The position numbers and the translations under genes were made by a program. From Catajapyx aquilonaris (Eukaryota): 64,000 nt of DNA. The notes under the pieces are model-generated. The model saw only the letters and a list, made by a program, of their open reading frames with translations. It was not told the origin of the DNA and made no database searches. Each line of letters opens with the position of its first letter. The stretch's first letter is position 1. The stretch is taken from positions 62,001 through 126,000 of the forward strand of contig KZ538002.1 in the NCBI GenBank assembly GCA_000934665.2. The letters are read 5' to 3'. Below are positions 50,234 through 64,000 of this stretch, piece after piece.

Positions 50234-50456
50234 GTAAACAATCGGCTTTCAGTGCGAACGTACCGGTAACAATATACAGAAATAGTCAGTAACATTGAGA
50301 GTACAGGTATTTGCAATAATGCTTCTGTACTGTATTGTAACGTCACGTCTGAGGTCTCTATAGAATATTTTTGGTAAAAAGTGCCTGCAACTAAGTGAAA
50401 CCCAGTGTTGAAGTACGGAGCTTTTTTTATTTTAAAAATGCCGATTACAACAATTA

Positions 50457-50808
50457 TTTATTTATTTCTTTATTTTACCCCGTGATGTCCCTTACGGGAG
50501 CTATAGGGGGTGGCATACCACCATCAGTTTTCTGTATATATATTTTTTCACTTCATTCTCCGGTGCAAGGAATCAGGGACAATGGGAAAGGATAGGGATT
50601 TTTGGTGAGGGAACATTGGTGCAAGGTGCAATGTCGTAGCTATGGGTCATGTGCTGTTCCCCAGGAGGTTAGGTTGCCAGACACCTCCAAGGTGCAGGTG
50701 AGAGACCCTCCTGACGCAGGTGACAGGAAGGTTCCCCAGGCGGGGATCGAACCTGGGGCATTTCACTCAGCAAGCCGAGACGTTACCATCTCGGCCACCA
50801 CACCTCCC
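50457..50808 (-). mobile_element. tRNA-derived SINE, copy 2
   Basis: A box TGGCCGAGATGG, B box GGTTCGATCCC, (TAAA)-like tail, perfect 16-bp TSD CCGATTACAACAATTA (50441-50456, 50809-50824). Confidence 0.92.
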
Positions 50809-53800
50809 CCGATTACAACAATTAGACACCCCCCTAACAAGTATTTCCTGATTAGTTAGTAGTGATGCACCCAAGGAGGAAGGGCAGGTATCAGTAAATA
50901 TATTGGTCTACTTCAAGAAAAATTTAACATTGGAAATTGACAACGCGAAATATTGTCTAGTCTCTGGTGAAATCAGACAGACCTTCGCGACCAGCAGGTG
51001 TTACATCTAACGCCGCCCATGTTTACGCTTCTTTCCGAGTGACATAACCCTGTAATTGGGCAAGTAGCGCACATTCTTCGGCTCTAGCCAGGGTTGTAAA
51101 TGGGCATTTACATGACATGAATCTGACAAAGACCCGGGCCAAGTAGGTCGACCAAAATGCGTCTTGACAAGGAAAGCAAGTCCAAATGGAGAGCACGGTG
51201 TCCTGCGTAAATCTGCAATCCCTCTAGGACTCTCAACAACTCCAATGGAGAAAAAGGAGACAGTGTGGTTGGAGGGTACCTCCAGATTCCTCTACCTGGG
51301 TTGGATTCAGGCTCGTCCAGCCGTAAATTATGCAGGTAGAAAAGGTGCCCATTGAAAAGAAGGCCGTCGTCAAGGTGGGTTTCAGCCCCTGGAGGGATTA
51401 GAGGGTGTAGGGTTGAAAAAAGGAATATCCGCCAGACAGGGATTTTCTTCGGAGGGGACAACAAAGGTCAACAGGGACGTTCGGATTAGCTTTTTTTTTT
51501 TGGTATCTCTCAGTTAGAACGACACGGAGGGTCCTTTAGGTATCGCCTGAGAGACGCATGTAAGAGGTCTTGATCGAGATTGGAGATGGATAGGCGAGAT
51601 TCTTATTGTTTATTCAGTGGCAGGGAACATCAGGTCGGAATAACAGCTCCAAATATTGGGATTGTTGGGAGAGACGGTGTAACAAAACAGGCCGTGTCAA
51701 TAGCGGGGTTGCCCAGTGTCGTGACCTTACAATGGGCTGCACTCGATGTCACATTAAAACAACAATTTGGGAGGTTCACAAAGCGGAGGGGGGCTAAAAT
51801 TAACCGACTTTGGAAGCTAGGAGCTTTTTGGATGGGCTCTTTGTAAACAGCATATTGAAAAGAGGGAGCTGCTGCAGTAATGGCGGCAACATGCCACCAT
51901 TTTGTTCGCATCATAAAATGTGGAAACATCCACAAGGCGTACGGTGCCATATAGTTAACAGTAACCCGCGGATTGAATCCGCTAATATTAAAATAGACCC
52001 CGGGGGCACATCATGTCTGACAGGTCATTGCACCTGGCAATAAAATAATGGCCACAATAAAATCCGGCCATACTGGAGGAAGGTAAAATTCTCCCAAATG
52101 TCGCAAAAGTGGTCCAACTGGTAGCCCACACTCCCGCGCAAATGTATTAAAGGCGCACTCAATTTGTCTCATAGTCAAGCCATAAGGAAGACTCAATCCT
52201 ATTATTTCTGACCAATTATTACTGTCATCCAAATTACAGCTTTATTGTAACGGCGGCGGCCTTCGCGGAAGTTTTCATGCTTAACGGTAGCTGATGGGAC
52301 AGATTTTCAATTACATAGCCCAGTCATTACCGCCGCCGGCCAGATCACGAGTGTTCACGCACTGAGACGGATGCAAATTCCACTAAGGATAGGCGTGCCT
52401 TGTTAGAAAACGTGGGCGTGGGGTGGCTGGGGGGAGGGGGTGCCTTTCTTTTTAGGGATAATCTTCTCCATCATCCGATAGACGTGGAGATGCGCCAGGG
52501 GATAAGGATTGTCACTGCCGAATCATCCGGGTAAGCCCGTCATAAAGGAGCCGTTTAGTGATAGGGGATGGGACATTGCTTCTGGAGGATTTCAACCAGC
52601 ATTGGCAGCAGCACCAGGGTAATATTGGCCTTGACAAGGTAGTCACAATAATGCAAGTTGGGGATCAAATCTGTGCTGGCCGTCACCTGTCCGAATCCTG
52701 CCACTAATTTGAATATAAGTGAGGACGGGTAAAGGACAATTTAATCTGCTAGCATGGAGCCCAGCCCAGCCACCAAGCCTCTTCAGTCTAGGAATTTTGA
52801 AAATCATTTGGCAATGATTTGTGGTTGTCACTTAGAAGTACCGGTACTGCAGTCGTATAGTACCGGTAGCTGGATGCACGAAATTTTATTCTCACCTGAA
52901 ATACCGTTTGGATGGCCAAGTTTAAGCATGACCTAATACACTGTAGATTATGGCCATTTCTGAACTAACCAATAATTGGCGAGTTCCTTCCTGTCTAACA
53001 CTCAACTCGAAGTTGTAAGTAAGTGACAGTTATGTGGCAGTATATGCCGGTTCGTTTCCCGCGAGACTGCGGACCGGTGTTTCCCGAGCACGAAAAAAGC
53101 AGCGAATTGCGACAAAAGATCCGCCCAGTCATCATCATCCTCCATTGGCCCTTTTGACCGTTGACGTCGTTGGGAACGGTCGTTGGTCTCCTCGCATTAC
53201 TTTTATTCCTTCCCCGCCCCCACGGTAACACGGCGGTAATCAATCGTCCCAAGCACTTGTAGACTCTAGGTTGCCAAAAAAAAAATAACAAGAAACAAGG
53301 ACTTGCTCGATACTTGCAATGCGACTTGAACAGCCCACGGTTTAGGGGCCGGGAATAATGGGGAAAAAATGGAAAGAAGTCGCCGGGGGGAGGGGCACTC
53401 AGCATATAGATGGAATGCTGGGATTCTTGCACGTTCCGATCACCAACGCTAAACAAGAGCCTTCAACTCCCATAGCACACCACAACCATAGGACACTCCT
53501 TGTCACCCATGTCATGGGTCATTATCATTTACCAGAAGAATCTGGCTGGTTGCTCCCTGCATCAATATGTGCATTCTCACCTTGTTACCAAAATGAATGG
53601 AAGTTTGTCAGGAATCAAAGCCTGCTTCCTGGGTATAAGATTGAGGGGGAAAAAATCCGAATCCGAATGCAGTTGCATGTCTTGTTCCTTCGTGTGCGCA
53701 ACCATTGATCGGTTTGCTTGGAGCGTAGGAATATCCTGCCCACAGATCAGGAGTCGTTGTTAAGACAAAACAAGATAATATAAACGTATAAAGTGAGATT

Positions 53801-55295
53801 TATAAGTCAATTAGTGGGATCCTCCTGATCGCGTGTAAATCCGAATCCCAATAAAAATTAATGTAGCCTCTTCTTTTTTTATTATTCGCAGTATGCCTTG
53901 TTTATGCTACTATTAAAGTGCTTCACTTAGGTTTTTCTTTGTTAGTTTTTTTCTGTGCGCTGCTCCACATGTTCCGGATATGCATATGACGTAACCTTGT
54001 GCATATTATTCGAATACAAAATAGACAAAAATTGATTTCAACCCACAGTTAATTGAAAGATGCTTTATGAACAATATGGCGTCCCTGATCAGAGTGGCAC
54101 CTGCCCCAAACTGAGTGAAATCTTCTCACTTGTGGCCAGGTGCCGCTGGGTGTCAGCACCTCTTCATCGGCCGGAATGATCCCTAGTCATGGTCGCAACA
54201 CGCTCCCTGCTGACCCCGACCACTCAGGGGTCTGTTCCATCAGTTATTTTCCCGATGAGGGCCACACAGCACACCCTACACAACCCGCCGCACAATTTTT
54301 ATCAGATTCCCCGTTGCCCCCGCCATGATTGGCCTCTCGCTTGGTGTCCGCCATTTTGGCGTGAAGTGTAACACCCCGACGCGATGATAAAACTGCCAGA
54401 GTAACCTTTGCCGCACGGGGCGAAACAGAACACACCCACTTTATCAATCCCATTGCCTAAGAACAAAAATAAAATTCAACCAAAAATAAAAAAAGAACCT
54501 GCTGCTTGTAATGAACTTTTTCTTCCTTCACGCATCCAGCAGATGAAATTCATAACCCACCTTCTATACGTCTTCTTTTTTTTACTAGTCTCTCCTCATT
54601 TATGCCTAGCTTGGCTGTAACAATTCGTTTTGTCGCCTGTGAATAATCGGGATTATTCCACGGCCAGGAGGGGTTCTATAGAGTGACGTACCTGATAAGT
54701 TCAAAGTCCAACAATGGGTGATTGGAAATGCGCGGGACGGAATCGGCACAAACCTGCCCTTTCATTACTCATTGTGAATGTGTACAAAATAGTGCTAGAA
54801 AGGATAGAGCTTTTAGCACGCCTGCCCATGCCAAATCGGAGATTATTGCGTATTATTTTATTGGTGTCATACATGTGCTCTCATAATGTGAACCTGTGGT
54901 TGCTAACAAAATTGTAAAGTTGCACTGGAAGTTAGTGTACCGAGATAATGAATTGCTTATAAATCTTAAATGGCAATGAAAATAGTTTCGCCAGAAAAAA
55001 ATTGTGCCAAATACGTTAAAGCTCTCTAGATATTTCATTTACATTTTCAATCATGCAGCTTATACAGTATGGTATTGTACACTTCTCAATGGAACACATC
55101 CGTTTTACCGAACGTTTAACTCCGGCACATTGTTGGACATGTTCGCTTGGGTCCTACATGTAAACTTGCTCCGAGATGCTGCCACGCTGAAATAGTAGAA
55201 CCCTAACAAGAGGCAAACACAGAACTCTAGGCAAGAATTGGGTCCAGACCACGGTCATAGAACTAGAAGTAAGGTCTGGTCACTCCCACCCACCC

Positions 55296-55521
55296 CCTGC
55301 CGGGGCGTTTTGCAGGGGATGCTCACCTGAGAGCGCCATGAGACATTTCGGAGCCCAGGTAAGTGGCGACCCTACCGGACTAGGCTGAACTTTATAGGTA
55401 CGAAAGGGAAGCGCTACATTGGGGAGCCAACATGGCCCCCGGTAGGGTCGCCACTTACCTGGGCTCCGAAATGTCTCATGGCGCTCTCAGGTGAGCACCC
55501 CCGGCAAAATGCCTCGGCAGG
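55296..55521. mobile_element. GC-rich fold-back element with perfect 59-bp inner arms
   Basis: 55320-55378 is the exact reverse complement of 55439-55497; outer arms imperfect. Confidence 0.85.
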
Positions 55522-58500
55522 CGATAAGATCAGAAAGTAGTATAAGTGTCCGGGGGCTGGTCCAGACCCACACCGGAGACTTGAGGAACAATGTTTTCTG
55601 CAGCTATGTCTTCATCGTGTCACCAGGAAGTCCCTATAAAGTTCTAAAATATGCTGAAGCCCAAAGTCAGCAACCCCTTCGCCTGAAACACAACAATGCC
55701 TATTCGCGCACGATCTCATCTGGTTGCGCCCTTAGACCAACTTTCTTTTCCCTTCCCCTGTTGGAGAAGGTATATGAGAGAGATGGGAAGAGAAAAGTGC
55801 ATGGGTGACAGTTTATAAATAGGATTGAGTGTGACTCCCGGGGAGATATGAACATGGCGGCCGCTGAGCGTGGCAGAAGCAGCCGACTTCGTGTTGACAT
55901 TGCAAAGGAAGACTGGAAATGACAAGGAGCTGCCTATATTTTACACAGACGTCATATAGAAGGTCGTCATACAATAAGGTGAAGTGGGACAAGTCCGAAC
56001 ATTTTCTTGATAGATGAACTTTTGATGTCTATTACAGGATAGATATTGATATATAAGATAGATCAATTCTGTTCGAATTTAACTCCTGTTCAGACTTGTG
56101 CCATTGCATCTTACAGTATAGGAAGAGAAGGTTTCCGTGGCCAAGGCTATTGTTGGGATTGCTATGAAGGGAAAATCTGGGTTGCAGGGCCATCCGAGCT
56201 GTTGGTCATGACGAGGCTGTTGGTCACTGACAAATTGGGATGTTGGCACCGACCATATAAGACTATTGGTAATTAAAAGAGAGGGGATGTGTTCGCGCCT
56301 GTATGAATCACGTCACAAGGAAATGTGGTGAAAGTAGTTTCATTAGATATTGAAGGGACGTTCATAATTAATGCGGGCCTAATTAGGGAAATTTCTAAAT
56401 GCCAATTTGCACACGTCGCACATCTGTGACAAAAACAGATTGATTTGGGAGGCCTACTGACCTGTTAGCATGTGGCTAAGTCGAACGGCTTACTCGCAAA
56501 GCTATACGGTATATGAAAGCCGGGTATCAAGGAAGTGTTTTGTTCAATGCAAAATTGTCATCATTATTTGATGTCAAAACTTCAATATATTGTTAATCAC
56601 TGGCGATGAAGGCAAAAGTCTGTGAAAAGTCACAGCTATAGGACATAAGAGTTTTGGCCAGATAAAAGGCTGCAGAAGTCGCATACTTTATTTTATTTAG
56701 GATATGTCTGCATTATTTTCTGCCTTAGGTTTGGTCAGCACTCAGAGACTACCTGCAGAGCCTTCCTCCGACGTGTGACCACGCACATTACTGCAGTACT
56801 TGCATGACCGGAATTAGACACAGTGCAGCAGTGCAATGGTGGGAAGGTAACCTTTCTGCACTGGCTTTAGTATAGTCCAGCATACTCGAGTTAAAAGGAG
56901 TAATAAATCGACTCTATTGTTATTCCTAATAGTTTTAGGACACACCAATATGCACTAGAAATTTGTGTGGACTGTCGAGCACATTCACCATTCAATTCCG
57001 TCTGATCTGATGCAACTTCCGAATCACCTTGTGTATCAGAATCCGTAAACGTACTACTGACGGTTATTCAAAAGTGAGGTTGTTATCTTTCATAAGATAT
57101 TAATAAGCATTCCCGAATGGTCGCATTATATTAAATGCAATTATGAATTAATGACAGGTTACATGTGTTTAAGCGACTAAATGATATCCAAAATGCAATG
57201 GACGGATTCGAAATAAATTTAAAATAATGACCCAATGGCATACACGAAATAGACCCATAAAGGTGCACCGTAAAACCTGCAATTAAGTAATAATCATGAA
57301 TAGGTCACAAATAGTACATAAAAGCAAAGTTGCCTCACATTACACGTTATCAGTCGTAGGCTAAACCAGCGCATGAGATATCTGAGTCAGATTGCTTAAT
57401 TACAGCTTTTTAAGGGGCGTGTGCTGCAAGATACCCACTGTAAAGCTTCCATAATTTGGTTGTGCGCGTCACTTTCATCATGTCAAGGAATGGCCAAAAA
57501 AACCTATAGCAATAGAAACAAAGTGCCCAGGGTTGATGATGTCACACACCTTGACGCCGTCATATTTTTGGAGCTTATTCAAATAACTTTAGCTGGAACA
57601 CCCATTACACGCAGGCGTGTCCCATGGCGAACGACACGGCGCATACCACACACGTGTAAGGGCGTCATGAGTCTCTCATGCAAATTCTCCAGCAGTTATA
57701 AAAGTTCGGCCCGAAACAACTGTATCTCATCAAGAATCAATGGAGTCCCACTTTACGACAATATGTGTGGTCACCTCTCCTCGTTTGCGAGCCAATTCGC
57801 ATGACATATTAGGCGTCTTTTTTTAGGTGGCGTGGGAGGTCCCCATTTTGCATGTGTGTACACGGATAATTTCCGGCCCTTTAGGTCCGTACCCGCCCTT
57901 TGTTTTCCATTGGTTCTTCGGAGCAGAAACTTCTTCCGTTCCACTCTGAGCCCTCTTCTAAAAAAGGTTCACAACGGAAACTGGCGGCGCCAGTGGCCTG
58001 AGGCGCCGCCATTAGGCTGCTCCAACCACGATGCGGAGGCGGGGATTATAGGAAGCGCTTTTTCCCACATTAGCTGAGATTATTGCAGTTTAACTGCTCC
58101 GGCCATGTTTGTTCAGGACGCCATTTTGAAGAAGAGGGGCCAAGGGTGCGGAATTTGCGCCATCAATAATGCGGATGCAAGGGGGTCGTCAAAATGGCAT
58201 TAAGCCTGACAAGTCCCACTAGGTAAATGACACAATGCAGTTGGAAACGACCCTTTCGAAATTTCAATTTTTATTCTTGGAGTAGTGTTAAATTGCGAAA
58301 TCAGTTTGGCGGGTTGAGCTAGTCTGCCCAAATAGTCAGGGGGCCATATGCTGCACAAATTATTTGTCGTGTAGGAATGCATAATGCATTGTATGAATAA
58401 GCCAGCCATGGTATGCGATATGAAGCATTATATGCATATCAGGAGCCAAGATGCCCTACATAATGCATTATGCATATCTACCGAAATGATACCTTTAAAT

Positions 58501-61123
58501 AATTCATTTGACATAGTCTCGTACGTCACACTACACATTTCATTGCACACGTCCAGCAAAGTATTACACAGGGTGGTGCAGAAATCCGCGATCCTTATCC
58601 CATGCAGGATTATGTCCCAGATTTACAACAGGACTGTTTGCACCGGATGATTTAAGGCGAAAAGCATAGCAGTTGTTGCGTCCCCGACTGCTTGTTTGCA
58701 TAGCATCGTGGCCCTCCTGTAGTAGTGCAGACAGGCCAGCAATGTTGCGGACGTCCCAAGTGTCCACATAAGCAGACCTAAACTGACAGCAACAACTTTC
58801 TTCCGCCTCCCCCCTCCCTCCCCCTCCTCCTTGCCAGCATGGCCGTCGCCCCGTATCATGCCATCAAAAACAACGTTAAAAAGACGTTCCCCGAAGAATG
58901 CAGCCGTGGCCCCTTTGCCTCAGCCCCCGCACCTTTTCTATCACTCGGAGGGAGCCTGCATTTACATGGCGCAGAGAATTTATGACCCCCTCCTACTGCC
59001 GTCGTAATTCGCCCCCTCCCTTCTTACCCCACCTTACCCCCTCAACCTCGTTCATTGCTCTTGAATGTGAGCAACTTTGCTTCCATATTCCCCTGCCACT
59101 CGCAATTAGTGTAAAACCAGTGTGGATCCCAAACCGATAGCAGGAGGCGATAGGAACCTGATAGCAATGCGGATATTTTGGCAACTATGTAACTAAAACG
59201 ACGTTATCGGATGGTAGGATCCATTGCGAGTTTTTGTTCCGGGGATGGATGGTTGGAATTCGGAATGAGCTGAGGTCATCAGGGGACACAGTCCAGATAT
59301 GGATCCGGTCATTTTGGGGGTCTCAAACTGTCACTGACCTTACGCTGCCAAAACATAACCGTCAGTCGACTCAAACGGCCAGGACTTTACCTGAAAGTAG
59401 AGAAAAAAGCACGATTACTCACTCACCCTGGAAAAAGTATAAGACATTCAAGATTTATATCTATACCTAAGGTGACAGACCCCTTTTGCTTTGTTGTGGC
59501 TTATGGATAAATCGTGACGGTGCTTCTCGAGTGGAAATCTAGAGGCCGTTTTTAATTTGTCACGTGGTCTCCTTGACCTACACTAAAAATCTCGGTAGTA
59601 TGTGGTTTTTCCCCCCTCTTCGTCTTACTATTTCCTTGGGAGGTGACCAGAACGTGTGCGGGGGTCTGGTGCACAATGGAGATATATGCCTGTCCCTGGC
59701 TGAAGGGCGACGACCCTGGGCTTATTTGACTGCCCCCTTTTGATGGCCTACCAGACAAGTGGATGCTGTGCAAGATTCGGGCGAAATATGAGGGCAGGTA
59801 AGGGTACTTGTCATTTTTAGCCACTTGTCCCTTTTCGCCATTTCGTTCCGCTTGTGGCCGGACAGCAACGGAGAAAGTCACGATCTTTCCGGGGGCCTTG
59901 TTGCTACATAAGAAGCACCAGGGGATATGGAGAGGGGGGTCCAGGGGTGCCAATGCCAGGTCACGACGTTGTCACGACGCGACGTTTGGATATGTACCGG
60001 ATTGCACCCAAATGTGGAAGCATTGTTATACGATTGAGAAACTATTGTCTTTACTATGATAAACCAAAAAAGTAATCAAATTAATATTCTACTAGTATAA
60101 TTCCTGCACATTTATAATATATGGCAATATGGCATCACCTTCAGGTGTGGAACGAATATTGCGAAGAAGAATGCAAGCGCTGGTGGTATGTAAGAACGTG
60201 ATAGTATTTAAACTTGGAACAATATTACCGGGCCTATTGCCAATAGATGCAATTTCCATTACATGGCTTGGCGATGTAACTTCTGGTAGACGATGTGCTG
60301 TTATTATCGTCAATTTATTAAAGCTGTTTAGTTTCCTCAGGAATGTTGCTCTCTGGTGGAGATTTTTCTTGCTTTACACCCTGAGCCAAAGGTATGCAAC
60401 TTTTTAAACGTTTTATATCTGCTCCATACAACACGCAACTGGTGTACAGGGTGTAACAACCTAAAGGGTCATCCCAGAGGAAGGCGATTATTCATCTACC
60501 CACGTTGAAATTATAGGAGTATAGTACCGGTACGTCATATGAGTACCGTCAGGCCTGATCCAGCGGTATAAGTATAATATGATTGGCACTGTTCAATTTC
60601 AAATAAATTCGGAACCGGGGAATTCAAATGGACGAAACTGGGGATACTTGTAATACCGTAATATCAACAGCTAATATTTTCGGTAACCTATAAAATCAGC
60701 TCTTCCAAAATACCTGCTTAAAATAGGCACACGAGGGCCTGCCTCATCACAGTCTACATAATGTAGTGTAATAATTTAATAATTATCTAGTATAACCAAC
60801 ACAATAAATACGCTAATGACAATGATTTTGTTTTACAGGCACTAAACAATACCGTGATTGCAAGTCACGGTTGAAGTACAGCATCGACCATCGCGCCATT
60901 AGCATACGTTCATCTCGCGTGCCTGTGTCACGGGTCCGAATGCGGAAAAATCGCGCCAACATAACATATGGATTTTGCCCACTCCCCCATTTATCTCGTT
61001 TCAGACATCGCCGATAATTCCTCCTTCGCTGGACCCTACAAGAGTTACATTAATTCACCCGGGGGACCACAATCTATTTTCCGGAGACTGAGATAGATAT
61101 TTGAAAAAATAAAATAAATGAAA

Positions 61124-61155
61124 AGGAGGAGGAGGAGGAGGAGGAGGAGGAGGAG
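61124..61155. repeat. (GGA)n microsatellite
   Basis: Seen directly. Confidence 0.9.
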
Positions 61156-64000
61156 GGAAGGGGATCGAAACCCTTTGAATTTCTCCTTTTCTTTTTTCCC
61201 GCCGCCAAGGTTCGGGGGGCTATCAGTAAACCATCCCACTTTCAAGCGTGTTTTGATTATTGCCCGGGGAGTACACGCTACTTCCTTATTCGATTAATTA
61301 AATTACCTTTCCAGCTCCTCCCACCGTCCAAGAGGGAGAAGGAGGGGGAAGGTATTGTAACTTGCAATCGTTCACGTTGACACCGTCCCTTAGATAAGGA
61401 GACCTGATTCGAGAAATTCGGTTGTGTTTGCATTATTGGTTGCCAGGCCTAATTCCAGCTCAAATAGACTTCCGGACCCCCCGAAGGTTTGCGGCAGCCC
61501 CACCTTTGCTGGGACTATTCATCATATGGAACTGGAGGATCACCCAGTCGGCCTTCATCCTACGGGGTGGCTCATGTCTGTCTGTTATTTTTTACCACGT
61601 ATTTTTTGCTTACATGGCGGTCGAGCCATGAAATCTGTACCTTATAATTGAGAGTGATATATTATACAAAAATATATACAAGAGGCTCATTGTTGTGATG
61701 GTGTTACGAATATGCGGATTTTTGTCCTTCGCAAATTGCAAATTGTCACTCCCAGATCGTTTCGGTCTTCCTTTTTTGTCGAATGTTTCATTAAAAGGGA
61801 AGTGGCCTCTTTCGTGCGCACTACGAGGTATAAATCTATCTATTATTTAAATAGAAAGGTTTATTGGCAGCTGCTAAATCTTCTCCGACGACTAACGTAA
61901 TTAATTGTGACAGCAACCTGTACATACATGTATAAGTCAAAAAAGCTGGATGAGAGCCAGCCTCCATGTCATTGGATAAGGACACACCGAAGGTCTGTTG
62001 GCCCGACTGAGATTAATTTTTAACCGATTTGGACTTAATTAATGTAATGTTCCCGTTTGCGGAGAAAGGGAAAAAAAACTCAGCATCCACCTTCGAAATG
62101 AAAAATGATCTGTCATAAAGCAACTCCCCTCAAGAGTCGATATTCCACATGCGCAGGTCATGAAGACCAAGGTTGTTAGGCTGGAATTAAATTAAACATT
62201 TCGACCAGTAATGTTTTTTTGCGTGTACCAAGTGCCAAATTATCACATGGTAAGTGGATCACTTTGCATATGCTAACACCTTGTATTTTAAAAAATTGCT
62301 CTTGGGCGATGATTGGGAATGGTTTCAAGTACAGGGCCTTACTAAACACATGGTCCTCGGAGCTTAACAGCTCATCCTTCATGAAAATGAAGCGAATTTA
62401 ATTTCCGGGGATCGCTGCAATTTTCCAGGATTTATGATTATTACGCGGGTGTAGAAAAAATTCCATTACCTTCAATTACTATTGGGGGAAGCATCTTAGT
62501 TATACCTCGATGGTCACGGCCGGAATTGTGCGGCTTTTTGGAGCAGTCCACCTCAATCAAATAGGGTTGCGGAACAATGGCTAATTCAAGGGGTGATAAT
62601 CTGAAGTGATTTTACGACAGGAAGCCATTGTCGAGTAGTTGCCGCCATATGTTGTTAAAACATTGTCGAAATCTATGATCAGTGATAAGATGACTTACAG
62701 TATGATTCGACGATGTTATCTCATGCAAAACACACCCCTACCACTAAATTTGTTTATAGGGCTTACGTGCACGTCTACTGCTCTCAACCGATCACACATA
62801 CCATCATGTACTGATGACTGATTTGGAAGAGGGGAAAAACATGTGCACGGCGCTTTTTTTATTCCAGGAAATATTTATCCCAAATTTTTCAAAATAAATG
62901 CGAGCATAGAGCAAACGAGGCTTGGTATTTTGGACGCGGTTGGCATCGGCCACGGTTGTTTGCAGCAATTATTTGCAAGTTCAATTTTGTAATGACAGCA
63001 TATCCGTCACAGCTTAACCTCTTAGAAGGTCTTCACAGTTAGCTAATCACGGCCAGTGCCAACGAAATGTACATCGCGCCAATGCATAATGAAGATGGAA
63101 GTTTGCCGTTACCTCGTTGCTCTTCAGCTGCCACTGGTAATTGCGGCCTCAGCTAAACATGCGTGCCAAATGAGCTCTCGTTCATCTTTTCAACGCAGAG
63201 AAAAATCCTTGGTTTTTGGGGGGAGTAGCCACCCTCTCTCATCTTTAAGGGCCGTTGGTCTCAATACAATATCTGCAAGGTTAGACACCTGCCCAAAAAA
63301 ATATTTCCTAACTCCTCTCTGATCACTTTTCAAAAGTGGTTTGGACTGGCTGAGTTTTGTCGAAGTCATCCCTTCTACCAAACCGCCTACCTCCCATCCT
63401 GGTTGACGTCCATTTAACACACTGAAAGGTGGTGATTAAGATGTTCCCTCCATGTCACCATTGTCTTAAATGATAAAGAAGCTATTATCGATGTGGCACA
63501 GCCATCACGGCCACACGGCGCATTTTTCGCACTTGGCACACATTTTAGCAGCATTCAAACTTTTCCTTACCTCCTCTTCTCCCAAAAAAAAATCTCAAGG
63601 GTCATTCGGTAGCCAGGTGGATCCGTCTTCACGACAGGTTTATTAAACCGAAAATCCACCGTCGTAATCGCAAACCTGACTCTCCCAGGAGAGGATTCCA
63701 GACAAGCCCGGCTTTTAGCACCATCCAGCATTTTATATCGCTCATATAGCCATTCACGTGTTTTGATGTGTAAGATACATGACTCTTGATGAAACTGCTC
63801 GGTGTTGGTTTTTTATATCTTTCTTTGCTTGGCTGCATTTTTTGGAGCTGTTTATTTTGGGTGCCCCGATACATGGGGGAACGGTTCTCTCAGGGTTAGT
63901 TTCATTAGAAACGGAGTCCCTGCTGAGAAGACACAATCGGCTATTGAGGGGGACTCGACCGCCATCAGCTTTCCCGTTCCATAAATTCTCTCCTTCGCGT

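Overview
Eukaryotic (invertebrate, arthropod-like) genomic DNA. The window holds the 3' part of a single minus-strand gene, the atypical cadherin dachsous (ds/DCHS). I traced 18 coding exons between 26564 and the stop at 739. All have GT-AG introns with mutually consistent phases, and together they give 8019 nt, or 2672 aa. This covers roughly 22 cadherin repeats, the transmembrane helix and the conserved cytoplasmic tail ending ETELRI. Positions 26565-64000 contain no cadherin exon and are best read as one very large upstream intron, with the 5' exons outside the window. The introns carry hAT MITEs with 8-bp TSDs, a decayed hAT transposase, several fold-back MITEs, a Ginger-like MITE, two tRNA-derived SINEs, retroposon 3' ends, a probable Gypsy gag-pro remnant, a ~200-bp tandem repeat and microsatellites. 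Three observations stand out. First, the last ~64 ds codons are tandemly duplicated directly behind the stop codon, forming an AUGA stop-start overlapping 42-codon ORF with a synonymous-change excess. Second, candidate recursive-splice (AG|GT) points lie on the sense strand of the giant intron. Third, there is a sharp CpG-depletion boundary inside the gene near 10.8 kb.
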